From an uncultured Chloroflexia bacterium (GTDB lineage: Bacteria; Chloroflexota; Chloroflexia; Thermomicrobiales; Thermomicrobiaceae): 64,000 nt of DNA. The notes beneath the pieces were generated by a model. It worked only from the letters and a program-made list of their open reading frames with translations. It was not told the origin of the DNA and made no database searches. The stretch's first letter is position 1. Each line of letters starts with the position of its first letter. The translations under genes were made by a program, and so were the position numbers. Shown one piece after another: positions 41,759-51,225 of this stretch. Location of the stretch: positions 168,372-232,371 of the forward strand of contig CAVSAD010000007.1 of NCBI GenBank assembly GCA_963725815.1, in the 5' to 3' direction.

Positions 41759-41787
41759 ATCATAGTGCTTGTGACCGGCGGCGTCAA
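41759..41787 (-). promoter_or_regulatory. promoter of the thrS leader (TTGACG-N17-TATGAT)
   Basis: On the minus strand, -35 is at 41787-41782 and -10 at 41764-41759. Confidence 0.55.
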
Positions 41788-41828
41788 CAAACCGACCCGG
41801 CGTTCCAGGTGTCGCGCGCTATTGCACG

Positions 41829-42338
41829 TCATCCGAGTGGTTTCTCCAGTTCGATTTCGTCCCGGATCTCGATGCCGTAATTGCCGATGATCGAGATGCC
41901 CGGCTTGATCCGCCGAGATTCGTGGATTGCCCCCGGAAAGAACCGGGACAGATTGTAGCCTCGCCGCTGATAGAACCTCAGCGCAGCGAGATTGTCGTTC
42001 GTCCTGATCAGCCACACGCCAGTGCAAGCAGCCAGTGCGGCATTCTCTTCAACGGCTTGAAGCAGACGCGTGCCGAGTCCAACGCGCGGGACGACGGCGT
42101 TGAGCGAGATCAGTTCGCAGCCCACTCCTTCAATGCGATACGTCGCCGCACCGGCTCGTGCGCCAGCCTCAAACGCGATCAGTGCCTCGACATCCTTCAT
42201 CCGGTGAACACGACCGCGAGATACGACGATCTCGTCGCCCCATTCGTGAAGCCAAAGTGTGGACAGCCAAAGCCGATCATCGGACATTGTCGCCGGTCTG
42301 ATTCTGAAGTCGCCCGGTTCCGGCTCATACATCGTCAT
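41829..42338 (-). CDS. GNAT family N-acetyltransferase
   Basis: 169 aa. Motif A is VVPRVGLGTRLLQAVEENA, and the C-terminal block is ALRFYQRRGY. Confidence 0.85.
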   Translation of the reverse strand: MTMYEPEPGDFRIRPATMSDDRLWLSTLWLHEWGDEIVVSRGRVHRMKDVEALIAFEAGARAGAATYRIEGVGCELISLNAVVPRVGLGTRLLQAVEENAALAACTGVWLIRTNDNLAALRFYQRRGYNLSRFFPGAIHESRRIKPGISIIGNYGIEIRDEIELEKPLG

Positions 42339-42345
42339 GTCCCGT

Positions 42346-43249
42346 TCATCTGGGTTCCTTTCGCGGAAGCTGACCGCGGCAGAAGCGAGCCCAATTGCCT
42401 GTCATAATTCCCGCTACATCTCGCTTCGGGTAGCCTCGGTGGACTGATGCGGTAGCGCACGGTGGAAGGTCGGCAATCGTGTCGAGTTCGGCCGGCGTCG
42501 ATTCCGCCCTCTGTCCACCGTCGAAATCGCTTCCGATGCCCACGTGTATCGCGTCTCCGACGAGTTGGCCAACCGCGTCGATGGTAGCGACGACGTGATC
42601 GAGCGTCACGGCGCTCGTTCGCCGTTGGCGGGGCCATTCTCGAGCGAGCGCCCAGTTGAGCGGCAAGACGGCGATCATTCCTTCGCGCTGGGCAATACCG
42701 CCGATGACTCTGGCAGAGACGAACCGCCCGAGATCGACGGTCCGGCGAGAGCGGGCATGACTGGCCATGAGGGGACCGTGATACTCATCGAGTGCCTCGA
42801 TACGGACCCAGTCGGACATGTGTATCGGGCCGAACTGTCGGTCCAACAGGGGAGCGTCCGGATCGGACCAGCAGTCGAGTCCGTCATCGAACTGACGTGC
42901 GTAACGGCTGATCTCGACCCGAGGATGAGTGTCCTCCTAACTTGGATAGAGATCAAGTCGGTCCAGCAAGCGCCGGCGCGCCCCCGCGATGGTCGCCTAG
43001 CTCAACTCGTCCGAGAACGAGAGATGGTGGAAACGGTCGTGGCGACGGCGGCTACTCGAGCAGTGAGCCAGTCGTCCAGGTCGAGCATGTAAACGCCCTG
43101 GGGTTGTCGAAACCTGCTGCGGCTTCCACCTCCCGGATGGCTCGCGCCGACGATAGGTAGTCGCGCCCCTGGGGCAACGCGTTCATCGAGACGTCTTCGC
43201 GCCCGTCATTGATTACGTTGGGAAGGATGGACATGTTGGACTCATTCAC
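42346..43249 (-). pseudogene. M19 dipeptidase paralog, decayed (frame breaks, in-frame TAG, His-to-Arg in the DGH motif)
   Basis: The C-terminal roughly 200 codons are intact (PLMASHARSR ... IGSDFDGG ... GNWARF). N-terminal pieces MSILPNVINDGREDV..., GVYMLDLDDW... and DRFHHLSFSDELS-TAG- lie in different frames between 42940 and 43249. Confidence 0.65.
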
Positions 43250-43345
43250 ACTCTGTCCACCTGAATGCGTTCGTTGGAAACAAGAAACCGCCGGAATAAG
43301 CCGTGCTGCGGGCTTCCGACGGTGAATCGCTCATCTTAAACTGGG

Positions 43346-43418
43346 TGGGCGGTACTAGACTCGAACAGTGACCTCCACGATGTCAACGTGGCGCTCTAAC
43401 CAACTGAGCTAACCGCCC
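43346..43418 (-). tRNA. tRNA-Val (anticodon GAC), with a T-stem one nt short and a 3' ACCCA
   Basis: Acceptor GGGCGGT/ACCGCCC, D-arm GCTC-AGTTGGTTA-GAGC, anticodon arm CCACG-TTGACAT-CGTGG. The T-arm reads ACTG-TTCGAGT-CTAGT (4 against 5 nt). Total is 73 nt where 74 is expected. Confidence 0.8.
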
Positions 43419-43435
43419 GGGCACATAACGAGCGG

Positions 43436-43464
43436 AGTATAGCATAGGCATTTGTGGGTCGCAA
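43436..43464 (-). promoter_or_regulatory. promoter of tRNA-Val (TTGCGA-N17-TATACT)
   Basis: On the minus strand, -35 is at 43464-43459 and -10 at 43441-43436, about 11 nt before the tRNA 5' end. Confidence 0.5.
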
Positions 43465-43508
43465 TCGCGCGATCTGGATCGTATCTAGCGCGAATCAGAC
43501 GGCCGAAC

Positions 43509-43928
43509 TCAGTGACCGAGAAGCTTCACGGTCTTGCTGCGAGGCTGCCAGGCGATGTCCGAACGACCGAATCGAGCCAGTAATTGCCGAGCTTGAAGGC
43601 ACAGTGGCTGAAGACCCGGATGCTTGACCTTCCATCGTCCACTGACCTGCTCAACCACCAGTTTGCTGTCGGTCTTGACACAAATCGAGTGCGACATCGG
43701 ATTCAGGTCTTGCGTGTTGGCGTGGGCTATCGCCGCCTGCAACCCCGCGATGAACGTGCGGTACTCCGCCTGATTATTGGTGACGTCGTCGCCAAAGTCG
43801 AGTCGCTCAATCGACGCGAAACCGGTTCGATCCGCAAGGTGAAAGCTGCCGTAACCCTTCCCAGGGTTACCGAGCGATCCACCATCGAAAACGAGGGTGA
43901 TGTCACACTCTTTGTCGGAACTGGCCAA
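43509..43928 (-). CDS. ribonuclease H (RNase HI-like)
   Basis: LVFDGGSLGNPGKGYG, NNQAEYRTFIAGL and VKTDSKLVVEQV (DEDD-type carboxylates). Confidence 0.8.
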   Translation of the reverse strand: MASSDKECDITLVFDGGSLGNPGKGYGSFHLADRTGFASIERLDFGDDVTNNQAEYRTFIAGLQAAIAHANTQDLNPMSHSICVKTDSKLVVEQVSGRWKVKHPGLQPLCLQARQLLARFGRSDIAWQPRSKTVKLLGH

Positions 43929-44037
43929 GAGATTTGCCCGTCCTTCTTGATTCCATGCGTGAGTTCAGACCCGCATACACGCGCCGACCGGGGAGGATTG
44001 TCCTCGCCCGGTCGATCGCGTGTATGGGACAGTTCGG

Positions 44038-46125
44038 TTAGACGCCGGCCTGCGCCTCCGCTTTCGCCTTGGCGCTGGCGATGATCGTGTCGGTCAGGTG
44101 AGCCGGCACCGGTTGGTAGTGACTGAAGCTCGAGGTAAACGACCCCCGGCCCTGCGTGATCGAGCGTAGATCAGTCGCGTATCGCTGGATCTCAGCCGCT
44201 GGTGCTATCGCCTCAATGGTCGTCATCCCGTCGTCTCCGGGAATCATGCCCTGAACTTGGGCGCGCTTGCCGTTGAGATCGCTCATCACGTCGCCCATAT
44301 AGGCCTCGGGCACCGTCACCTTGATGTGCATGATCGGCTCGAGAATGATCGGCTTGGCTGCCATCGCACCTTTCTTGAAGGCCTGCGAGGCGGCGATCTT
44401 GAACGCCATCTCGGACGAGTCGACCGTGTGATATGAGCCGTCGGTGAGGGTGACGCGGAGCTTTGTCACCGGGAACCCTGCCAGGATTCCTTCGTCAAGT
44501 GCTTCCCGCACGCCCTTCTCGACCGCCGGGATGTATCCCTTGGGCACCACGCCGCCGACGATCTTCTCCTCGAACTGAAAATTACCGTCTTCGATCGGCT
44601 CGAGATCGAGGAAGACGTGCCCGTACTGGCCATGGCCACCGGTCTGCTTCTTGTGTTTGTACTCGATCCCTTTGACCGGCATCGAGATCGTCTCCCGATA
44701 TGCCACGGTCGGAAGTTCGGTTTCGACATTCACGCCGAACTTGCGCGCCATGCGTTCGAGCCCGATCTGCACGTGAGATTCACCGAGTCCGGAAACGAGC
44801 GTCTCACCGGTCTCCTCATCGCGCCGGATGTGGAGCGTCGGGTCTTCCTCCAGGAGGCGCTGAATGGCGCTGCCCATCTTGTCGAGGTCGCTCTTGGTCT
44901 TGGGGTGAACCGCCGCCGCGAATGCCGGCATCGGAAAGGCGATGCCACCGAGCGTCAAGACCTTGCTTTGATCACAGAGCGTGTCGCCGGTCGCGACAGT
45001 CTGCAGCTTCGCGACCGCTCCGATGTCACCGGCCGGGATTTCTGAAACGGCGATCTGCTCCTTGCCGCGAACCATGTACAGCTGGCCGATGCGCTCTTCA
45101 TGTCCCTGCTGGGCGTCGAACGCGTGACTGTCGGACTTCATGGTTCCGGAATAGACGCGGAAGTACGAGAGCTTGCCCACGTACGGATCAGCGACGGTCT
45201 TGAAGACCAATGCCGCGAGTGGACCTGCTGGATCAGGGTTCAAGATCACCTCGGAGCCAGACGAGGTTTTCGCCGTGGTGGCGCTCGGAGCAGGGAAATA
45301 GCTGACGATCGCATCGAGCAGACATGAAATGCCTCGGCACGCCGTGGAAGCTCCCGCGAAGACCGGAACGAGCTGACCGCCGGCCATCGCCGTTCGCAAT
45401 CCGTGCTGCAGTTCTTCGACGCCGATCTGCTCGTCGTCCAGGTAGCGCATCATCAGTTCCTCGTCGTTCTCGCAGATCGACTCGACGAGATGGGTGCGCA
45501 GTTCTTCGACGGTGTCCACCATGGAAGCGGGAACGTCGCTGTCAGTTGCGGTCCCGTCCTTGCCGTCGTTGAACAGGTAAGCCCTGCGCGCCAGGACGTC
45601 GACGATTCCGGAGAAATCCTTCTCGGCGCCGATCGGCACGAAAACGGGAACGACCGACGAACCGAACGTCTCCCGCGCGGCGTTGTAGGTTGCGTCAAAA
45701 TTCGCGTTCTCGCGATCCATCTTGTTGATGAACAGCGCTCGCACGCGGTTGACTTCGTCGGCCGCTTTCCACGCCTGTTCCGTCCCGACTTCGACGCCGG
45801 CCGACGCGTCGAGGAGGATCAGTGCGATATCGCAGGTGCGCATCGCGCCTTTGACCTCACCGAGAAAATCGGCATAACCCGGCGCATCGATGATGTTGAT
45901 TTTCGTGTTCTTCCACTCCAGGGGCGCAATGCTTGCGCTTATCGAGATCCCACGCTTGATCTCGTCGAGATCCCAGTCTGAAACCGTGGTGCCCTCTTCG
46001 ACGCGCCCGAGCCGGTTGATGGTGTGGCTTACGAAGAGAAGAGCCTCGGTCAATGACGTCTTTCCCGCACTACCGTGGGAAAACAGGCCAATGTTCCTGA
46101 TTCTGTCGACCGGGAAGCTAGTCAC
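44038..46125 (-). CDS. elongation factor G paralog (EF-G-like GTPase)
   Basis: 695 aa. G1 is HGSAGKTS (not the canonical AHIDAGKTT), G3 is DAPGYADF and G4 is NKMD. Domains II-V are recognisable. It stands alone, not in an rpsL-rpsG-fusA-tuf context. Confidence 0.88.
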   Translation of the reverse strand: MTSFPVDRIRNIGLFSHGSAGKTSLTEALLFVSHTINRLGRVEEGTTVSDWDLDEIKRGISISASIAPLEWKNTKINIIDAPGYADFLGEVKGAMRTCDIALILLDASAGVEVGTEQAWKAADEVNRVRALFINKMDRENANFDATYNAARETFGSSVVPVFVPIGAEKDFSGIVDVLARRAYLFNDGKDGTATDSDVPASMVDTVEELRTHLVESICENDEELMMRYLDDEQIGVEELQHGLRTAMAGGQLVPVFAGASTACRGISCLLDAIVSYFPAPSATTAKTSSGSEVILNPDPAGPLAALVFKTVADPYVGKLSYFRVYSGTMKSDSHAFDAQQGHEERIGQLYMVRGKEQIAVSEIPAGDIGAVAKLQTVATGDTLCDQSKVLTLGGIAFPMPAFAAAVHPKTKSDLDKMGSAIQRLLEEDPTLHIRRDEETGETLVSGLGESHVQIGLERMARKFGVNVETELPTVAYRETISMPVKGIEYKHKKQTGGHGQYGHVFLDLEPIEDGNFQFEEKIVGGVVPKGYIPAVEKGVREALDEGILAGFPVTKLRVTLTDGSYHTVDSSEMAFKIAASQAFKKGAMAAKPIILEPIMHIKVTVPEAYMGDVMSDLNGKRAQVQGMIPGDDGMTTIEAIAPAAEIQRYATDLRSITQGRGSFTSSFSHYQPVPAHLTDTIIASAKAKAEAQAGV

Positions 46126-46388
46126 GGCTCTCCTCCAACTACCAAGATGAGCGATGGTGTGGCATGCCGACCCCCATTTCGGGGGCCGGCTAGCGAACGT
46201 CCATCACTCTACTGATCCAATCTGTAGCACCTTCACCAGGTGCGACCGGAAACGAATTGGTGTTCTCGTATTATAGTCCGACGATAATGGTCGACAAGTA
46301 CGACCGTGAGAGTTTGTTGGGTTCGATGCTGACAGGAAGGAACACTGGCTTGAGTGCCGATCGGCAGAGCGAGACGCAAGATTTGAAG

Positions 46389-47462
46389 ATGCTCCTTGGG
46401 GAGCTAGCCGCGATCGACGGAGTCGCAGGACACGAGCAGGCGGTCGTCGCGCGACTGCGGGAGCTGTTCGAGCCACTGGTCGACACGCTGGAGATCGACA
46501 GCTATGGGAATCTGTATGCCACGCGACAGGGACCGGCGGGCGCGCCGAGCCTGATGATCTCGGCACACTCCGACGAGATCGGCGCGATCGTGAAGAGTAT
46601 CGAGCCGAACGGCATGATCCGCTTCGAGCGCCTCGGCGGACTGGTCGAAACGCTGACGATCGGGCGTCACATCAAGATCCGCGGCCTGCGGGGCGTCGTC
46701 GGCGTGAAGGCCGGCCACATCCAGACCGCCGAGGAACGGGGACGCGCGCCCGGCATGCGTGATCTGTACATCGACATGGGTTACGAGACCGAGGCCGACG
46801 TTCGGTCGCTTGGGATCGGAGTTGGAGACGCGATCGCATACGACGAGCCGATGGTCGAACTGGCCAACAGTGACCGGGTAGCGGGCAAAGCGCTCGATAA
46901 CCGCGTCGGCTGCGCCATCCTGGTCGCGCTCGCTCGACGTTTGCAGGGCGCGACACTGGGCTGCACGCTTCACCTGGTGGTCACGGTTCAGGAAGAGGTG
47001 GGGCTGAGAGGCGCCCAGATGGCAACCCACCGCCTCAACCCAACTGCCGCGATCGTGGTCGACACCGTCCCATCCGGTGGGACGCCCGACGTCGACTACT
47101 ACCGGGACCTCAGCATGCGCATCGGCGCCGGCCCGGTCGTGCCGGTCTCCAGCGGCAGCGGAGCCCGTGGGTTTCTGGCGAACCCCGCGATGCGAGATTT
47201 CCTTGTCGATACGGCGGAGGAAGCCGGAGTTCAGATCCAACAGGCGGTATTCGTTGGCGGGAACTCTGATGCTGCCGCCGTTCACCTGGTGCGTGATGGA
47301 ATCCCTACGGGCGTGGTCAATATCGCACGGCGCTACTCGCATTCGCCGGTCGAGATGCTGGACGTTCGGGACGCGATGGGCGCGGTCGATCTGCTGCAAG
47401 CGGCCGCGACGTCGTTCGGAGCGAACGTCGACCTCGGTTTCCTCTCCTCGCGTTGGGGCTAG
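46389..47462 (+). CDS. M42 family aminopeptidase (FrvX/PepA-like)
   Basis: MLLGELAAIDGVAGHEQAV, SAHSDEIG, ALDNRVGCA, QEEVGLRGA. The ORF is open from 46257. Confidence 0.85.
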   Translation: MLLGELAAIDGVAGHEQAVVARLRELFEPLVDTLEIDSYGNLYATRQGPAGAPSLMISAHSDEIGAIVKSIEPNGMIRFERLGGLVETLTIGRHIKIRGLRGVVGVKAGHIQTAEERGRAPGMRDLYIDMGYETEADVRSLGIGVGDAIAYDEPMVELANSDRVAGKALDNRVGCAILVALARRLQGATLGCTLHLVVTVQEEVGLRGAQMATHRLNPTAAIVVDTVPSGGTPDVDYYRDLSMRIGAGPVVPVSSGSGARGFLANPAMRDFLVDTAEEAGVQIQQAVFVGGNSDAAAVHLVRDGIPTGVVNIARRYSHSPVEMLDVRDAMGAVDLLQAAATSFGANVDLGFLSSRWG

Positions 47463-47472
47463 CTTGGGCGGG

Positions 47473-48258
47473 TCAGTCGGCCAGGTTGGCGCGGCTGACC
47501 CGCTCGAAAATGATTCGCAGTCCGTCCAGTGTGAGGTCAGGCTCATAAACGTCGATGGCGCTGGTGTGTGGAGCGATAACTCCGCCCAGCCCGCCGGTGG
47601 CGATGACGAACGGAGCGTCGCCCAGTTCGTTCGAAATGCGCGTCAACAGCCCTTCGATGAGCCCGATGTAACCGAGCACCGTGCCGGATTGAACGCTCTC
47701 GATGGTACTGCGGCCGATGGCGTGTTCGGGCACGGCTAGCTCGACGGACGACAGCCGGGCGGCGCGGCTGGTCAACGCTTCGAGCGCCAAATTGAGCCCC
47801 GGAGCGATCGCCCCACCGATGTAGTCACCTTCGGCCGAGACGACGTCGAAATTCGTGCCGGTGCCGAAATCGACGACGACGGTCGGGCCACCATGACGTG
47901 TAAAGGCGGCGACGGTGTTGGCCAGTCGGTCGGCTCCCACTTCAGCCGGATTGTCGATGCGAATCTTGATGCCGAATTCCAGCTTCGAACTCACGATGAC
48001 AGGCTCGCGTTGCAGTCGAACCGCGAGCATGTCGGTTAATGCCGGGGTAAGGCGAGGGACCACGCTCGACAGCACGGCACCGCTCAGCGCTCTAAGGTCG
48101 ACACCGTCGCTTTGGGCGAGGGTCGAGAAGATGGCCCACCACTCATCGGCCATGCGCGCCCGTTCGGTCGCCAATCTCCAGGAGGAGACGAGACGGTCGT
48201 CCTGATAGATGCCGACTACAACGTTGGTGTTGCCGATGTCGATTGCGATCAGCATCAA
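47473..48258 (-). CDS. coaX: type III pantothenate kinase
   Basis: LIAIDIGNTNVVVG, VVDFGTGTNFD, ATGG. Confidence 0.9.
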   Translation of the reverse strand: MMLIAIDIGNTNVVVGIYQDDRLVSSWRLATERARMADEWWAIFSTLAQSDGVDLRALSGAVLSSVVPRLTPALTDMLAVRLQREPVIVSSKLEFGIKIRIDNPAEVGADRLANTVAAFTRHGGPTVVVDFGTGTNFDVVSAEGDYIGGAIAPGLNLALEALTSRAARLSSVELAVPEHAIGRSTIESVQSGTVLGYIGLIEGLLTRISNELGDAPFVIATGGLGGVIAPHTSAIDVYEPDLTLDGLRIIFERVSRANLAD

Positions 48259-48357
48259 TCGATCTCCCGAACTCGAAGCCTCGTCCTCAGTGTTTAGATC
48301 GTGCCCGCATCGCGCGACGATAGGGGTGACGACGCAGTATACGTCGTCGCAGTCGCT

Positions 48358-49488
48358 TTACATCGTGAGCGCGAAGGCGATCTCGGTGCGAACCGTCACG
48401 TCCGGTTCACGATCCATGCGAGAACCGAGGAACGGCGCCGCGTTCGCGGCGTCGATGCGAGCCATGGCCCAGGCCGCGTGGCCGCGCACCAGTGGCAGAT
48501 CGTGTGTCGATACCACACGCTCGAGTAGATCCAACTCGGCCGGAGATCGGGTATTTCCCAGCGCCACCGCGGCATTTCTCGCCAGGCCAGCCCGTTTGGC
48601 ACGTAGTACTGCCGTTCCCTGGTATGTCGTCCGGAACTCCTCCTCCGACATTGTCAGGAGCCAGCGGAGCCGTGGAAATGCATTGTCGTCTGTGAGAGGT
48701 CGGAAGGCTTCATCGTTGTCGATTGACGCGGCTCCCGTGTACGGGCACACCTCCTGGCATACATCGCAGCCGAAGACCCAGTTCCCCATCATCGGCCGCA
48801 GATCGAAGGGGATCGCCGACCGCAGCTCGATTGTCAGATACGAGATGCAACGCGGCGAGTCGATGACGGAGCCTGGCTGGATCGCGCCGGTCGGGCAACG
48901 ATCGAGGCAGGAGGTGCAGCGGCCGCATTTTGGGCGGAGCGGTTCATCTGGCTCGAGAGCGACATCGACCAGCAGATCTCCCAGCATCACCCAGGATCCA
49001 TGTCCGGGAACAAGGATCATGGTGTTCTTCCCGTACCAACCGAGCCCGGAGCGTGCCGCAACGGAACGATCCACGATGCGTGCCGTATCGACCAGGTAGC
49101 GCGCTTCGATTGAGCGACGAAGCTCATTTTCCAGCGCCGCGTGCAGCGCTTTCATGCGTGTCTTGAGCGTTCGGTGATAGTCGTGGCCCCATGCGTAGCG
49201 CGAGATGCGGCCCCTCGGCTCATCCTGCGGCACATTTACCGTCGCGATCCGGTAGGGGATGCCAATCGAGATGATCGAGCGGGCAGTGGACAGCAGATTT
49301 CGCGGCGAACTGGAGAAGCGCGCGCGTTCCTCGGTAAACCAGTTGAGTCCCAGCAAGTGACCGGCATTGATTCGTTCGGTCAGAAGGTCGCCGAGGCCCT
49401 CGAAGTCGTCGGCCGTGGTGACCGCGACGAGCGGAATGTCGCAGCTCGCGGCTAGCTCATGCAGTCGTCTGCGATCGAACTGAAACAT
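48358..49488 (-). CDS. queG: tRNA epoxyqueuosine(34) reductase
   Basis: Two ferredoxin-type clusters (CGRCTSCLDRCP and CDVCQEVCP) and a C-terminal HEAT-like region. Confidence 0.88.
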   Translation of the reverse strand: MFQFDRRRLHELAASCDIPLVAVTTADDFEGLGDLLTERINAGHLLGLNWFTEERARFSSSPRNLLSTARSIISIGIPYRIATVNVPQDEPRGRISRYAWGHDYHRTLKTRMKALHAALENELRRSIEARYLVDTARIVDRSVAARSGLGWYGKNTMILVPGHGSWVMLGDLLVDVALEPDEPLRPKCGRCTSCLDRCPTGAIQPGSVIDSPRCISYLTIELRSAIPFDLRPMMGNWVFGCDVCQEVCPYTGAASIDNDEAFRPLTDDNAFPRLRWLLTMSEEEFRTTYQGTAVLRAKRAGLARNAAVALGNTRSPAELDLLERVVSTHDLPLVRGHAAWAMARIDAANAAPFLGSRMDREPDVTVRTEIAFALTM

Positions 49489-49505
49489 GATGATGCTTTC
49501 GCTAA

Positions 49506-50444
49506 CTACATTCGCGAGGCGAGGAAGTCGTCGAGTTCGGCTCGGTCGGGCAGTGATGAGCGAGCGCCAAGTTCACGAATCGCGAGCGCGCCCATGGCGT
49601 TCCCCATATTTCCAATATCACGGAGTGGACGGCGCTCAAGGATGCTCAGCGCGACACCCGCGGCGAACGCATCACCAGCGCCCGTCGTGTCGATCGCCTC
49701 CACCTCGAAGGCGGGGATGGCCTCAACGGCGTCCTGGGTCAACACGATGCAGCCTTGCGGTCCCATGCTGATGGCGGCCAGTCGAGTATCGGCGGGACCC
49801 ATCTTCTCCTGTAACAGCTTGATGGCGGAATCCGTGTCCGGCGTGCCGGTGATGTAACGGAGCTCACGCTGGTTGCCAACGAGGTAATCGTGCCGCAGCG
49901 CGACGTCCAGACCTTCCTCCGGAGACAGCTCAACCAGGTACGTGAGCGTTCCGAGCACGCTGGTTCGCGGAGAGACGTGCATCGGCAGATCCACGATGAA
50001 GCGCCGCAATCGTGCATCGTCGACGTCGAGAATAACGAGATCGTGAGCAAACAGATCGTTGATCGGTACGGCGTCGCCATGGCTTAGACGGGCACCTTGA
50101 TGCCAGTAGATCGTCCGCTCGATATCTCTTCCGGTGCCGGATACCACGATGATAGCCGAATCTGATAGCTCGCTCGCCCGTGACTTGACGTAACGGCAAT
50201 CACATCCAGCTGACTCGAGAACGTGACGCAGTTCCCGTCCCTGGTCGTCATCACCAACGATCGCCGAGAAGGTAACGTGAATACCAAGCTTCGCGAGCGC
50301 GTGCGCCATGTTCGCGGTGGTGCCGCCCGACTGTTGGAGCGTCCTGCGGACGATGGCGTATGCCCCGGCTTCCGGGTAGAAATCCGTGACGACGAATCGA
50401 TCCCAGGACGCCAGGCCGATTGCGGCAACGCGAGGTCCGCTCAT
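49506..50444 (-). CDS. PfkB-family carbohydrate kinase
   Basis: GGTTANMA and DTTGAGDAFAAG motifs. Confidence 0.8.
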   Translation of the reverse strand: MSGPRVAAIGLASWDRFVVTDFYPEAGAYAIVRRTLQQSGGTTANMAHALAKLGIHVTFSAIVGDDDQGRELRHVLESAGCDCRYVKSRASELSDSAIIVVSGTGRDIERTIYWHQGARLSHGDAVPINDLFAHDLVILDVDDARLRRFIVDLPMHVSPRTSVLGTLTYLVELSPEEGLDVALRHDYLVGNQRELRYITGTPDTDSAIKLLQEKMGPADTRLAAISMGPQGCIVLTQDAVEAIPAFEVEAIDTTGAGDAFAAGVALSILERRPLRDIGNMGNAMGALAIRELGARSSLPDRAELDDFLASRM

Positions 50445-50450
50445 GAGCGG

Positions 50451-51110
50451 CTAGTCCCGACGTTCGAGCACGACGCGACAGGGAGCACCGTCGAGTTCCC
50501 CAAGGCGTAGTGGAAGGCAGATGAGACGATAGCTGCCCGGTTCCACATGTCGGAGGTCGAGACCCTCGACGATAACCATTTCGTGACCAAGGAGGATGAG
50601 GTGCGTTTCGCCATCTCCGGCATAGGGCTCGATGGACAGGTAGTCGATTCCGATGAGGTCGACACCGTGAGCAGTGAGCCAGTGTGCACCCGATGGATCG
50701 ACGCCGATGAAGTCTTCGTAAAATGAGTGGCGCGGGTTCTCCCACAGCGAGGAGTTCCGAGTCTTCAACAGGAGTCGTTTCGTTCCGGCAGGAATCTGCG
50801 CCGATGCAAGATCAGCGTCGCCGATGTTCCGCTCGAGGTGTCGCAGATCGCAAACAACGCAGTCACCGATGAGACGGTCGAGTTTGATCGAGTCGAGTTT
50901 TTTACCGCTGTCGATGAAGTGCCAGGGAGCGTCGAGGTGCGTGCCGGTATGTGACGTGTTCCTGAGCGTCGTCACGTTGGAATGACCCCCCTGGGCGATG
51001 CGGCTGGCAGGCTCGGCGGTGACGATCCCGTCGCCCGGCCAGGTCGGCATCCCGGGGATCAGAAGAACTGATATATCGATAATCCGATTGCCCGAATCCA
51101 CGCTTGTCAC
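50451..51110 (-). CDS. cyclase-family protein (kynurenine formamidase-like)
   Basis: HTGTHLDAPWHF metal-binding motif. 219 aa. Confidence 0.8.
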   Translation of the reverse strand: MTSVDSGNRIIDISVLLIPGMPTWPGDGIVTAEPASRIAQGGHSNVTTLRNTSHTGTHLDAPWHFIDSGKKLDSIKLDRLIGDCVVCDLRHLERNIGDADLASAQIPAGTKRLLLKTRNSSLWENPRHSFYEDFIGVDPSGAHWLTAHGVDLIGIDYLSIEPYAGDGETHLILLGHEMVIVEGLDLRHVEPGSYRLICLPLRLGELDGAPCRVVLERRD

Positions 51111-51225
51111 TCCTCACGCTCAGCCACTGCCTTGCGAGCCCTGATGTTACGACGAACAAAGAGATCCGGGCAGGATGTAAAAATCTCCTGCCCGGATGCG
51201 CGCATCCCTGAGATGACGGACCGGT

